DNA of 64,000 nucleotides, from the NCBI GenBank assembly GCA_964654485.1, contig CAZZJI010000007.1:3276-67275 (forward strand), given 5' to 3'. Positions 11,122-21,495 of this stretch are shown piece after piece; position 1 is the first letter of the stretch, and every line of letters begins with the position of its first letter. A program made the position numbers and the translations under genes. This stretch comes from an uncultured Gammaproteobacteria bacterium (GTDB lineage: Bacteria; Pseudomonadota; Gammaproteobacteria; SG8-11). A model generated the notes under the pieces. The model was not told the DNA's origin. It did no database searches and saw nothing but the letters and a program-made list of their open reading frames with translations.

Positions 11122-12288
11122 CTATTTTACTTTAGGCTGTAGAACCTGCTCTAACTCATCCAACTCTTGCTGCAATTTAGGTGGAATAAAAGTACCCGAA
11201 GAACCCGTGTGAGAAAAGCTGACATACTCCTTGTATTCGTCCAAACAGCGTTTAGCATAGGGGTGGTCTGGGTGTTTGATAATGCATTGTTTAAGATAAA
11301 GGTCTGCTAGGGAAAAATAAAAATTGTACCCAATTGAACGGTCGCTGACTGCTAACCAGAATATAAGGATGGGTATTTCACTCTCTTTAGGTTTATTGTT
11401 CAAATATTGATAGAGCCGACCACGCAACCAAACTAGCGCTATTTCTTCTTCCGGTGTTGAAATTATGCTGGTTAGTGGTTTATCCAGATCCCCAAAACTT
11501 TGCTTAACGTATTTTTCCAATGTACTAAAATTTGTATTGCCTACGTCTTTTGCACCCTGGGCCTCAAGGTTTTTCAGGCCAGCTATCCATTTTGCCAGAT
11601 GGCTTTTTGTTGTGTGAGTGTGTTTCTCTAATGTAAGGTATTTTTCTAATTGTTTGGCGCCTTCGCCAGGTTTATTATATATTTGCGTATAAATTGTAAT
11701 AATTCGTTGTAGTGGTTGGGCGATAGCGAGCTCCGTTTTTTTCTGATTGGATGTCAGGTGTTTGTCATAGAACTTTATTGCTTCGCTATAGTTACGGGTT
11801 ACAAAATTAAATTCGGCATATGCGATATCACTGCTAAACTGGTTACGCTTGGTTCCTGAAAAAAGGGTCCTTAGTTTTGTATCTTGCGTGTGACATGAGG
11901 CGCAAATTGACCCAAGTGCGTAAAGCTGACTTCGGGCATAACTTGGGTCCTGTTTCTTAAACGCCAGTATTACTTCTTGTAGATAATCAAGCGCGTAATC
12001 ATAAGATACCTGGTAAGTATCAGATTTTCCTTTTATATATGGCCCGGCTTTTTGAAATAAATCGTGTAGTTTGGAAACTGACCGTTGCATTTCGTTTCTT
12101 TCGCTGTCAGTAATCGCACGTTTGGCCATAATGAGGGGAAATAGCTCAACCATTGTTTTGCCAATTTCAGACATCACTTGGTTGAGAGAAGAGGGGTTAA
12201 GAGAAGCAGGTGTAACAGCTCCAGTGGGGCTGGCCGCGTTAGCCTGATAAGTGATCGCTAGTAAGATAATGAATATGATTTTATGCAT
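11122..12288 (-). CDS. Periplasmic protein with one CXXCH haem-binding motif (class II / cytochrome c'-like N-terminal domain) plus an unrecognised C-terminal ~250 aa
   Basis: 388 aa. Signal peptide MHKIIFIILLAITYQANA. Single CASCH motif about 130 aa in, after a helical segment. Confidence 0.55.
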   Translation of the reverse strand: MHKIIFIILLAITYQANAASPTGAVTPASLNPSSLNQVMSEIGKTMVELFPLIMAKRAITDSERNEMQRSVSKLHDLFQKAGPYIKGKSDTYQVSYDYALDYLQEVILAFKKQDPSYARSQLYALGSICASCHTQDTKLRTLFSGTKRNQFSSDIAYAEFNFVTRNYSEAIKFYDKHLTSNQKKTELAIAQPLQRIITIYTQIYNKPGEGAKQLEKYLTLEKHTHTTKSHLAKWIAGLKNLEAQGAKDVGNTNFSTLEKYVKQSFGDLDKPLTSIISTPEEEIALVWLRGRLYQYLNNKPKESEIPILIFWLAVSDRSIGYNFYFSLADLYLKQCIIKHPDHPYAKRCLDEYKEYVSFSHTGSSGTFIPPKLQQELDELEQVLQPKVK

Positions 12289-12319
12289 AGGTGTATATTG
12301 CTACGTTGTATTACTATAA

Positions 12320-13921
12320 TTAAATTTTTTTCTGGCTATCCAGGTCTGGTTCGTATTCTTTTACAAGTAAACCACCACGGCCGGCGAGTATACTTGCAAG
12401 CTTGGCTTTAAAGAAACCGAGAGCAAAGCGCATTAAACGCATAAAGTGGTTTGGGTATTGAAGCGTGAGCTTCATATAATAATGCCCAATTGATGGGCGC
12501 CGGTAGAAGGCCTTTAATATTTCCTGGTAATGGCGATCTAGTTCTTTGACAGTAATGCCTTCTGGCGCCCAAACAAAATTCATTCCATTCATTTTCTTCC
12601 AGTGGTCATCACGAATATTGGTGCCGTAGAGGTCTCGATATATAGGGGAGCCCGGGTAAGGCGTGAATTTGGTTAAATTCATTATAGTCATTGGGATATT
12701 GCGAATAAAATGTTTAGTTTGCCGGATGGTATTTTCATTTTCACCTGGGAAACCCAGCATAAATAAGCCTTTAGTGCGAATTCCTGCTTCATCAGTCCAT
12801 TTAATCGCTTGTGCTGATTTTTCAACTTCTGCAAGTTTATCCATTTTTTTCAATAACTCATTGGATCCAGTTTCCAGGCCAAAACTGATTTCCCAGCAGC
12901 CGGCTTGTTTCATAATTTTTAAAACATCCGGTTTTACTGTATCAACGCGGGCAGTACAGCTCCACGTTATTTTTAAGCCGCTTTCCAATAATAATTCGCA
13001 TAATTCGGTTACACGTACTTTGCTGGCAAGAAATAAATCATCAACAAAGCCAATATGACGAATTCCATACTTTTCATGCAAATGTTTCATCATTTGAAAT
13101 ACAACTTTGGGTGAATAGTGACGTACGCGTGCGCCAAAAGTGGATGTGTCACAAAATTTACAATGAAATGGGCAGCCTCTTGATGCCGCGATTGTTGCAA
13201 CAGGCCCTCGAGGAAAATCGTATATTGCCGGTTTATATCGATTGGGAAAGTTTGGTAGTAAGTCCCACGCAGGGAAGGGCAACTCGTCTAAAATACGATT
13301 AATCGGCTTACCGGCAGTCTTTTGTACAAACGGGCCCTTGCGATAAAGAATACCAGGTACATTAAAAAGATCTTTGTCATTCTCCAATGCGTCTAACAAC
13401 TCCACTAGAATCTTTTCACCTTCACCATCAACAGCGTAGTCAAATTCTTTAAATCGCTCTAGTGTTTCTGGACCCATTGAAGAAATATGCGGTCCCCCGA
13501 CAATGATAATAGTTTCCGGCAGGGCATCCTTGATTTGTTTAGCGATGTTGACTGCGTTCCACACGCCGACTGTAAACAAGGTAACACCTACATATTTGGG
13601 TCGTTGTTTAATAATTTTTCTTGCAACCTCATTAACACTGAGATTTTGAATATCACTTTCGATAATTGAAGGGAGATAACCGTGCTCACGCACTTCGGCG
13701 GCCAAATGCAGCAAACCAAGCGAAGGAGAATTATTGGTAATGTGCTTTACAAACTCGTAACCTGGTGCGATGCGTTCGTAGGGAGGATTAATAAAGACGA
13801 TGCTTTTATTAACGGTCGTGGTATTATTAACGGACGTAGTATGGATTGGCATGGCGGTAATTGTAACATGTCCGGCGAGATTCGGCGATTGTGCTTCATA
13901 TACAGGTCGAAAATTGGCCAA
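12320..13921 (-). CDS. B12-binding domain radical SAM protein (class B radical SAM, methyltransferase-like)
   Basis: 533 aa. N-terminal cobalamin-binding-type Rossmann segment (VGVTLFTVGVWN...IIVGGPH). Radical SAM cluster motif CPFHCKFC. Confidence 0.8.
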   Translation of the reverse strand: MANFRPVYEAQSPNLAGHVTITAMPIHTTSVNNTTTVNKSIVFINPPYERIAPGYEFVKHITNNSPSLGLLHLAAEVREHGYLPSIIESDIQNLSVNEVARKIIKQRPKYVGVTLFTVGVWNAVNIAKQIKDALPETIIIVGGPHISSMGPETLERFKEFDYAVDGEGEKILVELLDALENDKDLFNVPGILYRKGPFVQKTAGKPINRILDELPFPAWDLLPNFPNRYKPAIYDFPRGPVATIAASRGCPFHCKFCDTSTFGARVRHYSPKVVFQMMKHLHEKYGIRHIGFVDDLFLASKVRVTELCELLLESGLKITWSCTARVDTVKPDVLKIMKQAGCWEISFGLETGSNELLKKMDKLAEVEKSAQAIKWTDEAGIRTKGLFMLGFPGENENTIRQTKHFIRNIPMTIMNLTKFTPYPGSPIYRDLYGTNIRDDHWKKMNGMNFVWAPEGITVKELDRHYQEILKAFYRRPSIGHYYMKLTLQYPNHFMRLMRFALGFFKAKLASILAGRGGLLVKEYEPDLDSQKKI

Positions 13922-13970
13922 TTTGATCTAATAATTTATTTCCCATTTTAAGATGCGGGTATTCAGATGC

Positions 13971-14627
13971 TTATAACTGCAATGCACGACTGTAATAATT
14001 TATCAATGTAGATCCAGCTTCTTCAGCTGTCTTTCCATAACTAATTACACCGTCTCGATGTCCCTTCATGCAAATTATGTGATCTTCCAACTTAGTTAAA
14101 TCTGATATTAACCGTTTTATTTCATTCGCCATATCAGATGTGCCATATTGAACATTTTCTTTGGTTTCCCGAATATTTAATTGTTTTGTATTTTCCCAGA
14201 TTACTGGGCTATGCACATGAAAAACAAACTGGATGTCAGCATTTGCTTGATACATTGCACCATGTGTTAATGCTTCAGAAGACGGTCTGATAGGACCTGT
14301 TGCTTTAATTTTATTTTGATCGGGATCACATTGCGTGACAATGGTGTAATGCGAGTTATCCAGATCGGGCAGGTGGCCGGTTTGTGTACCGCTAATCAAA
14401 TATTCGCCCGCGTATCGACGCTTTTCTTTAGAATTTAAACGGCGGCTTACATTGCCATAGCTAAATCCGTCATAACGTTCGGGATTTTGGCCGATTAGTT
14501 TAAGTAGAAAAAGAACCTTTCTCCAGGCACTGAGTTCTTTCAAATCAACACAATCAAGAGATGTGCTTTCGATATAGTCGAACTCATATTTTACTACACC
14601 TTCAATTTCTGACATGCAATTATCCAT
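13971..14627 (-). CDS. Class II aldolase/adducin-family protein
   Basis: 218 aa with family-type motifs GNVSRR, SGTQTG, PSSEALTHG, HVHS. Confidence 0.65.
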   Translation of the reverse strand: MDNCMSEIEGVVKYEFDYIESTSLDCVDLKELSAWRKVLFLLKLIGQNPERYDGFSYGNVSRRLNSKEKRRYAGEYLISGTQTGHLPDLDNSHYTIVTQCDPDQNKIKATGPIRPSSEALTHGAMYQANADIQFVFHVHSPVIWENTKQLNIRETKENVQYGTSDMANEIKRLISDLTKLEDHIICMKGHRDGVISYGKTAEEAGSTLINYYSRALQL

Positions 14628-15139
14628 GTGAAATAACTAAAATTTTCTTACGTAGCCATTATACTCTTGTAATGCGATGCATTCATGTGCTGTGTAATGC
14701 TGTGCTTTTTATTAGATGCCATTGTATAACACAGTCTGTCTTTGACAAAAATACGAGCGAATCTGACTGCAAGAGTGTAAAAATCGTTGTTTGGGCTTAT
14801 ATTTGTTGTATATAGAATTTTAATTAGGTGCAGAATATGTTGTGGCAGCGTTTTCACCATAAAGGAATTCCAGCGTATTTGGCAAAGCCGGAGCCATTTT
14901 CACCCAATTTTTGGCGGCAAAATTTACATAATAATCTCATTGAGTCTGCGCAAAAAGCGGGGAAAGAGGTAAGAAGTTATCGCCAACAATTGTTTTTTAA
15001 TAAATTCTATCGTGTCGTTATATGTGAACTATTAAAAATATTAACCGTGCTAACAACGCACGAGATGGAATTGATCTTTGACGCAATAGCGAGCATGATG
15101 GAAGTAAGAAGTTCATTAAATTTGAAAAGGGGGGCAACA

Positions 15140-15724
15140 ATGTCCCAATTTCGAAATGCGATAATTATCATCGTTTTGCTATTGCCTGCTCAGTTGCTAG
15201 CGAATAATACTCAAACGGGAATGGGTGCGGTCATTGGTAGCACCAGTGGGTTATTTCTACCGATTGCGGCAGGTGAGTTATTTATAGAGCCTTCCGTCTC
15301 TTTCAGAAAAAATGAAACAGATTCCACGACCATAAGCAACATCGCACGATCAGGTCGAAAATCCAGGACTGTCACGTTGGGTGTCGGACTATTTAAAAAC
15401 AAGCTAGTTGCCGAAAAGGTTTTTCTTTATTATGGCGCCAGGATAGGACTTGTCAAAAGAAAAATAACGGAAACTACTGCACCGACCTCAATTCTATCTG
15501 CATCGTCCAGCACTATCTCAGATGATGGTTTTTTTATCTCGCCAACCGTCGGCGCCCAATATTATTTTGTTCCTCAATTTAGCGCTGGCCTGGATCTCGC
15601 ATTACAATTTAGCAAAACGGATGGAAAAGAGGCGTTGACAGCTGGGGGAATCACTGTTACAGCCAATACTAAGGATACGTCTTCTTCGACAACGGCGACA
15701 GTGATAGTGAGATACTTGTTTTGA
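15140..15724 (+). CDS. Small outer-membrane beta-barrel protein
   Basis: Internal ATG at 15140 preceded by aaaagggggg. Signal peptide MSQFRNAIIIIVLLLPAQLLA. Alternating beta pattern. C-terminal ...VRYLF aromatic end typical of OMPs. The longer ORF from 14828 is rejected. Confidence 0.65.
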   Translation: MSQFRNAIIIIVLLLPAQLLANNTQTGMGAVIGSTSGLFLPIAAGELFIEPSVSFRKNETDSTTISNIARSGRKSRTVTLGVGLFKNKLVAEKVFLYYGARIGLVKRKITETTAPTSILSASSSTISDDGFFISPTVGAQYYFVPQFSAGLDLALQFSKTDGKEALTAGGITVTANTKDTSSSTTATVIVRYLF

Positions 15725-15832
15725 CGTTTTATAATAATTAATCAGAGGTTGCCTAATGAATTATACTGCGAGTGGTGTTCCAACTACTACGATGCACTAA
15801 ATAGTCAAAACGGAGACTACCTAAAATAAATC

Positions 15833-18586
15833 ATGACTGGTTCCAGCGTGACGCAAAACAATACACATAATGTTGAATTATCTCCCCATAGTTTATCAGT
15901 AGACGCTGTTTTATCAAAACTGGGTGTGTCAAAGCATGGTCTTTCTCACAGCGATGTTACGCAGCGCATAGAACGTTATGGTCCAAATACATTCCCGAAA
16001 ACTAAACCGCCAGGTGTGCTATCCATATTTTTAACGCAATTTACTAGCCCTCTGATATACGTTTTATTAGCAGCAGCACTTTTATCCCTGCTCATTCAAG
16101 AGTGGTCGGATGCGGGGTTTATATTTTTAGTACTTTTGGTCAATGCCATTATTGGCTCAGTACAGGAACTTTCCGCTCAACGCTCTGCCTCAGCGCTTCA
16201 GGAATTAGTTTCAATTTATTGCAGAGTATTGCGAATAAGTGACGATAATAAAAGTGACGTTACAAAAAGCGACAGTTATGAAATAAATGCAAATCAACTA
16301 GTACCAGGGGATATTGTACTTTTAGAGCAGGGTGATCGTGTTCCTGCGGATATTCGATTATTGGATTGCCATGATTTGGAAGCAGATGAGTCATTGTTAA
16401 CCGGTGAGTCTCGTACGGTATTAAAAAATGCACAAACGATATTTAATACTGATATTGTTCTCGCTGATCGGACTAATATGGCGTTTGCGGGCAGTATGAT
16501 TATCCGTGGACGCGCCACGGGTGTAGTGGTTACAACTGCACTGAATACAGAACTTGGCCATATTGCTGAAGCGGTACTGAATAAACCACTAACCAAACCA
16601 CCACTTGTATTGCGGTTGGAAAAATTTACTCATGGTATTGCGGTTGTTGTTGTTATTGCTGCACTGATTATGGCTGGCGTGGCATACGGTCGTGGTACGC
16701 CGCTTAATGAAATATTTTTTCTTGCCGTCGCCCTGGCGGTATCCGCAATACCAGAAGGCTTACCAGTGGCACTGACTGTGGCGCTCGCAATTGGTATGCG
16801 CCGAATGGCGCGCCGCAATGTAATTATTCGAAGGTTGGTTGCAGTTGAATCATTAGGGTCATGCACTTTTATTGCTTCAGACAAAACTGGTACATTAACA
16901 GTAAATCAGTTAACGGTATCTCAGATTGTTTCACCGAATATTGCACCTTGGGAAGTGACTGGACAAGGTGTCACTCCCATAGGAAACATAATATCGACGA
17001 ATGGTGAATTAACGAATACTGAGAGAGTTCGACTTAAACATTTATGTTTGGCAGCGGTATTATCAAACGACGGATTTCTCGGGCATCGTGAGCATGGCTG
17101 GAGTACTCACGGCGATGCTGTTGATATTGCGTTATTAGTTATGGCTCACAAAGCAGGTATTACTAAAGCCGATGTTGAAAACGAATATGCTGAGCAGGCC
17201 ATTATCCCGTTTGAATCGGAACGATTGTTTTCGGCTAGCCTGAATCAGGTTGGTGATGGGCAATTTGCTTTCGTTAAGGGTGCGCTAGAGCGATTGCTTC
17301 CTATGTGTAATAAAATGCTTGGCAATGATGGTGACCTGCCTATCGATGGTCAATTACTGGAAAAACAGGCACACACTCTGGCTAGTCAGGGTTATCGTGT
17401 GCTTGCTCTTGCGTCGGGAAAAATTGCACTAAAGCAAGGAGAAGTATTTTCCGAGGAACACCTTCATTCACTTACTTTTCTTGGCCTGGTAGCAATGATA
17501 GACCCACTTCGTGTTGAGGCAAAACAAGCGATTATCGATTGCCAAAAAGCAGGGATCAAGGTTGCAATGGTGACCGGCGATCATCCTGCAACAGCACTGG
17601 CGATTGCACGCCAGCTCAATTTAACAGATGATATCAGCAAAGTTGTTACCGGTGGGGAGCTTAGACGTGCAAACACCCAGGATGCTTTTGATTCTATTAC
17701 ACGACAGGCACATGTATTTGCCAGAGTAGAACCGCAGCAGAAACTGGACATTGTTCAATCTTTGCAACGTAATGGGCATTTTGTCGCAGTGACAGGAGAT
17801 GGCGCCAATGATGCGCCTGCGCTGCATGCTGCACAGGTTGGCGTCGCGATGGGGAAAAATGGCACTGATGTTGCGCGTGAGTCTGCTGACATTATCACTA
17901 CTGATGATAATTTTGCGTCAATTGTATCAGGCATAGAGGAGGGGCGGGTTGCTTACGCCAATGTGCGTAAAGTTATTTTTTTACTGATATCAACCGGTGC
18001 AGCTGAATTAGTTCTGTTTACTTTAGCTTTAATTACGGCACAACCGCTACCCCTGCTGGCAGTACAGTTGTTATGGTTGAATTTAGTGACTAACGGTATA
18101 CAGGATGTAGCATTGGCCTTTGAACCCAAAGAGGGCGACGAGCTAAAACGACCGCCACGACCAACAACGGAAAGTGTTTTTAACCGACTTATGATTGAGC
18201 GGGTTATAGTGTCTGCATTGGTAATCGGGTTTGTTGCTTTTTTTCTTTTTCAGTGGCTACTAACTCAAGGGTATACAATTGAAGAAGCACGTAATGGTAC
18301 TTTGTTACTCATGGTGCTGTTTGAAAATATTCATGTATTTAATAGTCGATCAGAAACACGATCCGTATTTAAACACAATCCGTTACGAAACCCGATTTTG
18401 TTATTTGGAACTGCTGTGGCACAACTGATTCACATAGGCGCTATGTATACACCTTGGGTCAGTGATGTGCTACACATTCAACCTGTATCGCTGCTAAATT
18501 GGCTTAAGCTGTTAAGCCTTGCTTTGATTATATTGATGGTAATGGAAATACATAAATTGGTACGCAAAAATCTGGCTAATATGTGA
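15833..18586 (+). CDS. Cation-transporting P-type ATPase (type II, Ca2+/Mg2+-like)
   Basis: 917 aa. Motifs LTGES, SDKTGTLT, MVTGDHPATA, TGDGANDAPAL. About 10 TM segments. Confidence 0.9.
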   Translation: MTGSSVTQNNTHNVELSPHSLSVDAVLSKLGVSKHGLSHSDVTQRIERYGPNTFPKTKPPGVLSIFLTQFTSPLIYVLLAAALLSLLIQEWSDAGFIFLVLLVNAIIGSVQELSAQRSASALQELVSIYCRVLRISDDNKSDVTKSDSYEINANQLVPGDIVLLEQGDRVPADIRLLDCHDLEADESLLTGESRTVLKNAQTIFNTDIVLADRTNMAFAGSMIIRGRATGVVVTTALNTELGHIAEAVLNKPLTKPPLVLRLEKFTHGIAVVVVIAALIMAGVAYGRGTPLNEIFFLAVALAVSAIPEGLPVALTVALAIGMRRMARRNVIIRRLVAVESLGSCTFIASDKTGTLTVNQLTVSQIVSPNIAPWEVTGQGVTPIGNIISTNGELTNTERVRLKHLCLAAVLSNDGFLGHREHGWSTHGDAVDIALLVMAHKAGITKADVENEYAEQAIIPFESERLFSASLNQVGDGQFAFVKGALERLLPMCNKMLGNDGDLPIDGQLLEKQAHTLASQGYRVLALASGKIALKQGEVFSEEHLHSLTFLGLVAMIDPLRVEAKQAIIDCQKAGIKVAMVTGDHPATALAIARQLNLTDDISKVVTGGELRRANTQDAFDSITRQAHVFARVEPQQKLDIVQSLQRNGHFVAVTGDGANDAPALHAAQVGVAMGKNGTDVARESADIITTDDNFASIVSGIEEGRVAYANVRKVIFLLISTGAAELVLFTLALITAQPLPLLAVQLLWLNLVTNGIQDVALAFEPKEGDELKRPPRPTTESVFNRLMIERVIVSALVIGFVAFFLFQWLLTQGYTIEEARNGTLLLMVLFENIHVFNSRSETRSVFKHNPLRNPILLFGTAVAQLIHIGAMYTPWVSDVLHIQPVSLLNWLKLLSLALIILMVMEIHKLVRKNLANM

Positions 18587-18598
18587 GTTGGTTATAGT

Positions 18599-19813
18599 TC
18601 AATTTCGGAACCGGTGAGAGAATTTTCTGTGTAACCATTTTAAAATGAGAGGGGGTAATAACGTGGTAAGCGCAATTACAATAATCATAGCTGCATAAAT
18701 CTCATTGTTAAAAATACCACTTTCGCGACCTAATTCGGCAAATATTAATCCAATTTCGCCACGTGGAATCATGGAAACGCCGATGATGGTTCGTTCCAAC
18801 CAGTTTTTTTGCAAAAGAAAAGCACCAGCTAATTTTCCGATGACTGCAACGGTAAGCAGGCTTAGAGAAAATACCCAGATATAGGAGGAACTCCAGTCTA
18901 TTTCACGTAGATTGAGTGACAAGCCTACCATGACAAAAAATATTGGGGTAAATAAATAAATGATTGGGTACATTTGTGTTTCAATGCGCTGAGTAAATTC
19001 ATCATCAGAAAGTGAACGTATCGATGTACCTAAGGGAATAAAAAAACGTCTTGAAAGGGCTAAACCCGCCGCAAAACCACCTAATAGTTCGGGTGCGCCT
19101 ACAACATACGCAAGCCATGCAAATAGCAGTACCAGTGAGACAATAGTGGTCGGGATTAAACCGGGTATTTCACTCGCTGCGTCAAAACGCCGAATAACGA
19201 TTGACATTAATTTTGCAACAAAGGGTGCTATCAGAAAAAAGGCGATAATGAATACGAATACTTTGCCACTATTGGCCAGATTAATTCCGCCTCCAATGGA
19301 AAATTCATAAAGTAAAGCCAATAGGATGACACCGATAATGTCATCCAGCACCGCAGCGCCAAGTACGATTTGGCCAGATGCAGTATTTAGGCGTTTTAAA
19401 TCAGTGAGTACTCGTACCGTGATGCCGATGCTAGTTGCCGTTAACGTTCCACCCACAAAAAGTGATACAAGCAAAGACAATTCAAATAACCAGAATGCCA
19501 GGACAAAACCAAGAATTAGCGGTAGTACAAATCCTACGAAGGCGACGATAATAGATTGTGTACCCGAATGTATCAGTTTTTTAATATCGGATTTGATTCC
19601 GACTTCAAAAAGCAGCAAGATTATACCGATTTCAGCGAGTAACTTTAACGCTTCTACGGGTTCTATCCAGCCAAATAAGCTTGGCCCCAACACAACGCCA
19701 GCACAGAGTTCTCCCAACACCGATGGAACACGAAGTCGAGTAGCAAGTTCGGCAAATATGCGTGCTGTTAGTAGGATTATGAGTAGACTTAGAAAAAACT
19801 CATGTGTTTCCAC
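18599..19813 (-). CDS. Cation:proton antiporter (CPA2 / Kef-type membrane domain)
   Basis: 404 aa polytopic membrane protein with Na+/H+ exchanger family pattern. Convergent with the ATPase gene. Confidence 0.75.
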   Translation of the reverse strand: METHEFFLSLLIILLTARIFAELATRLRVPSVLGELCAGVVLGPSLFGWIEPVEALKLLAEIGIILLLFEVGIKSDIKKLIHSGTQSIIVAFVGFVLPLILGFVLAFWLFELSLLVSLFVGGTLTATSIGITVRVLTDLKRLNTASGQIVLGAAVLDDIIGVILLALLYEFSIGGGINLANSGKVFVFIIAFFLIAPFVAKLMSIVIRRFDAASEIPGLIPTTIVSLVLLFAWLAYVVGAPELLGGFAAGLALSRRFFIPLGTSIRSLSDDEFTQRIETQMYPIIYLFTPIFFVMVGLSLNLREIDWSSSYIWVFSLSLLTVAVIGKLAGAFLLQKNWLERTIIGVSMIPRGEIGLIFAELGRESGIFNNEIYAAMIIVIALTTLLPPLILKWLHRKFSHRFRN

Positions 19814-20211
19814 GATATTTTCTCCATCTTTCGTATTTCTTTCTATTTTAGATCACAAAATATGAAAACAATACCGCTATATTGGCATTCGTGAACTAAA
19901 ATAACTATTAATATCAATGGGATAGAAAATTATTGTAAGTTTAGCAAAATTCTGGCTGTGCTAACCGGACGTGCTATCACTGTGAAATTAATCTAACCGG
20001 ATCGTCGAGTAATTGCGATAAATATCACTTAAGCCCGACAGGCTCTTAGGGTGATGACGCAACTAACCATAAAATAGTATAAAAAAAAGACAAATCAGTT
20101 GCGTTTATATTGCCACATTTTTAAATCGCCAATTGTTGTTGCGATATGCTTTAATAAATTATTTATACCCATTAATAAAATCCTTATGAAAATGAATCTA
20201 AACCTAATCCT

Positions 20212-21027
20212 ATGAAACGGCACAAGAAAAATTATCATCATCGTTGTGGTTCAGACCAGTCTGCCATTGCGGGGCTAAGGGATTGGTATCGCAGCGAACT
20301 TGGACAACGTTTATTAGAACAAGAAAAAATGACACTGGAGCCTTTAATCGCGAGTTTGTTTGGCTATCATCTGTTGCAAGTCGGGGTAGTGACGGAAGAA
20401 AGCTTGTTGCATACATCGTTGATTCCGAATTGTATGATTTTAGATATCAACATTGGTTCGGTTAATTTAAGTACAGAAATGAAGGGCAAAGTGTTTAGTG
20501 GTTTACCTGATGCATTACCGGTCGCCTCGGATAGCCTCGATGTAATGTTACTTCCGCATGTGCTCGAATTTAGCCGCGACCCACATCAGGTATTGAGAGA
20601 AGTAGATCGTGTACTCATTCCCGAAGGCCACGTGGTAATATCCGGATTTAATCCCTGGAGTAGTTGGTTAATTTGGCGTTTACTGCTTGGTTGGCGAAAA
20701 CAGCCGCCGTGGTGTGGCCGATTTGTGAGTCTGGCGCGACTCAAGGATTGGTTGAGATTATTAGGATTTGATATTATATCTGTTCAGCATGTTTTTTATC
20801 GTCCACCCATTCAACATGAGGGAATAATGAATAAGCTTTCTTTTGTTGATTCCATTGGGGAAAAATTCTGGCCAATATACGGTGCGAGTTATACGTTGGT
20901 AGCGAAGAAGCGTGTATTTACTTTTACACCGATAAAACCGAGGTGGAAACCTCGACGTTTTGTCCCCGATCGTATTGTAGAACCTCAGAACCGCGGGAAT
21001 ATACCGTATTCACTTGACGGGTACTAG
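20212..21027 (+). CDS. Class I SAM-dependent methyltransferase (YafS-like, conserved neighbour of rnhA)
   Basis: 271 aa. Position directly upstream of rnhA-dnaQ as in many gammaproteobacteria. Methyltransferase-type [12 protein letters not shown]...[14 protein letters not shown]. Confidence 0.65.
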   Translation: MKRHKKNYHHRCGSDQSAIAGLRDWYRSELGQRLLEQEKMTLEPLIASLFGYHLLQVGVVTEESLLHTSLIPNCMILDINIGSVNLSTEMKGKVFSGLPDALPVASDSLDVMLLPHVLEFSRDPHQVLREVDRVLIPEGHVVISGFNPWSSWLIWRLLLGWRKQPPWCGRFVSLARLKDWLRLLGFDIISVQHVFYRPPIQHEGIMNKLSFVDSIGEKFWPIYGASYTLVAKKRVFTFTPIKPRWKPRRFVPDRIVEPQNRGNIPYSLDGY

Positions 21028-21028
21028 A

Positions 21029-21478
21029 ATGAAAAACGTGGATATATTTACAGACGGTGCCTGCAGGGGAAATCCGGGACCCGGAGGGTGGGGCGTATTG
21101 ATGCGCTACAATGGCAATGAAAAAAAAATACACGGCGGTGAGAATGATACGACCAATAACAGAATGGAATTAATGGCTGCAATCCAGGCATTGGAAAGAT
21201 TAAAAAAACCTTGTCGTGTTAACTTAACGACAGATTCAAAGTATGTCATAGATGGTATCACTTCCTGGATAGTGGATTGGAAGAAGCGGGACTGGAAAAC
21301 GGCGGCAAAAAAACCGGTGAAGAATGTTGATTTGTGGAAGCGTCTTGATATAGCCGTACAAGAACACGAAATTCAATGGCATTGGATAAAAGGGCACGCT
21401 GGGCATGAAGGCAATGAAATTGCGGATGAGCTGGCAAATCAGGGCATAGATGAACACCTTAGCCGGGCGGGGCGTTAG
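21029..21478 (+). CDS. rnhA: Ribonuclease HI
   Basis: [22 protein letters not shown]..., [28 protein letters not shown] at 21029 directly after the upstream stop. Confidence 0.95.
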   Translation: MKNVDIFTDGACRGNPGPGGWGVLMRYNGNEKKIHGGENDTTNNRMELMAAIQALERLKKPCRVNLTTDSKYVIDGITSWIVDWKKRDWKTAAKKPVKNVDLWKRLDIAVQEHEIQWHWIKGHAGHEGNEIADELANQGIDEHLSRAGR

Positions 21479-21495
21479 GTGTAATAGGAACAACA

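Noticed and set aside
14828-15139. N-terminal 104-aa extension of the OMP ORF.
   Set aside because: The extension has no membrane or signal features. A canonical signal peptide with a G-rich RBS begins at the internal ATG 15140.
19326-19865. 179-aa ORF antisense to the CPA2 antiporter. Similar long antisense ORFs occur at 62147..62689, 30821..31327, 12663..13058, 22848..23240, 44597..44953, 45994..46332 and 46509..46874.
   Set aside because: All lie entirely within well-supported genes on the opposite strand. They have low-complexity Ser/Thr/Pro/Arg-rich translations typical of shadow frames.
21011-21027. Half-site ttgacgggtactag resembling the right arm of the REP family, at the end of the methyltransferase gene.
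   Set aside because: Only one arm is present, with an indel and no partner arm nearby. It lies in coding sequence, so it is likely coincidence.
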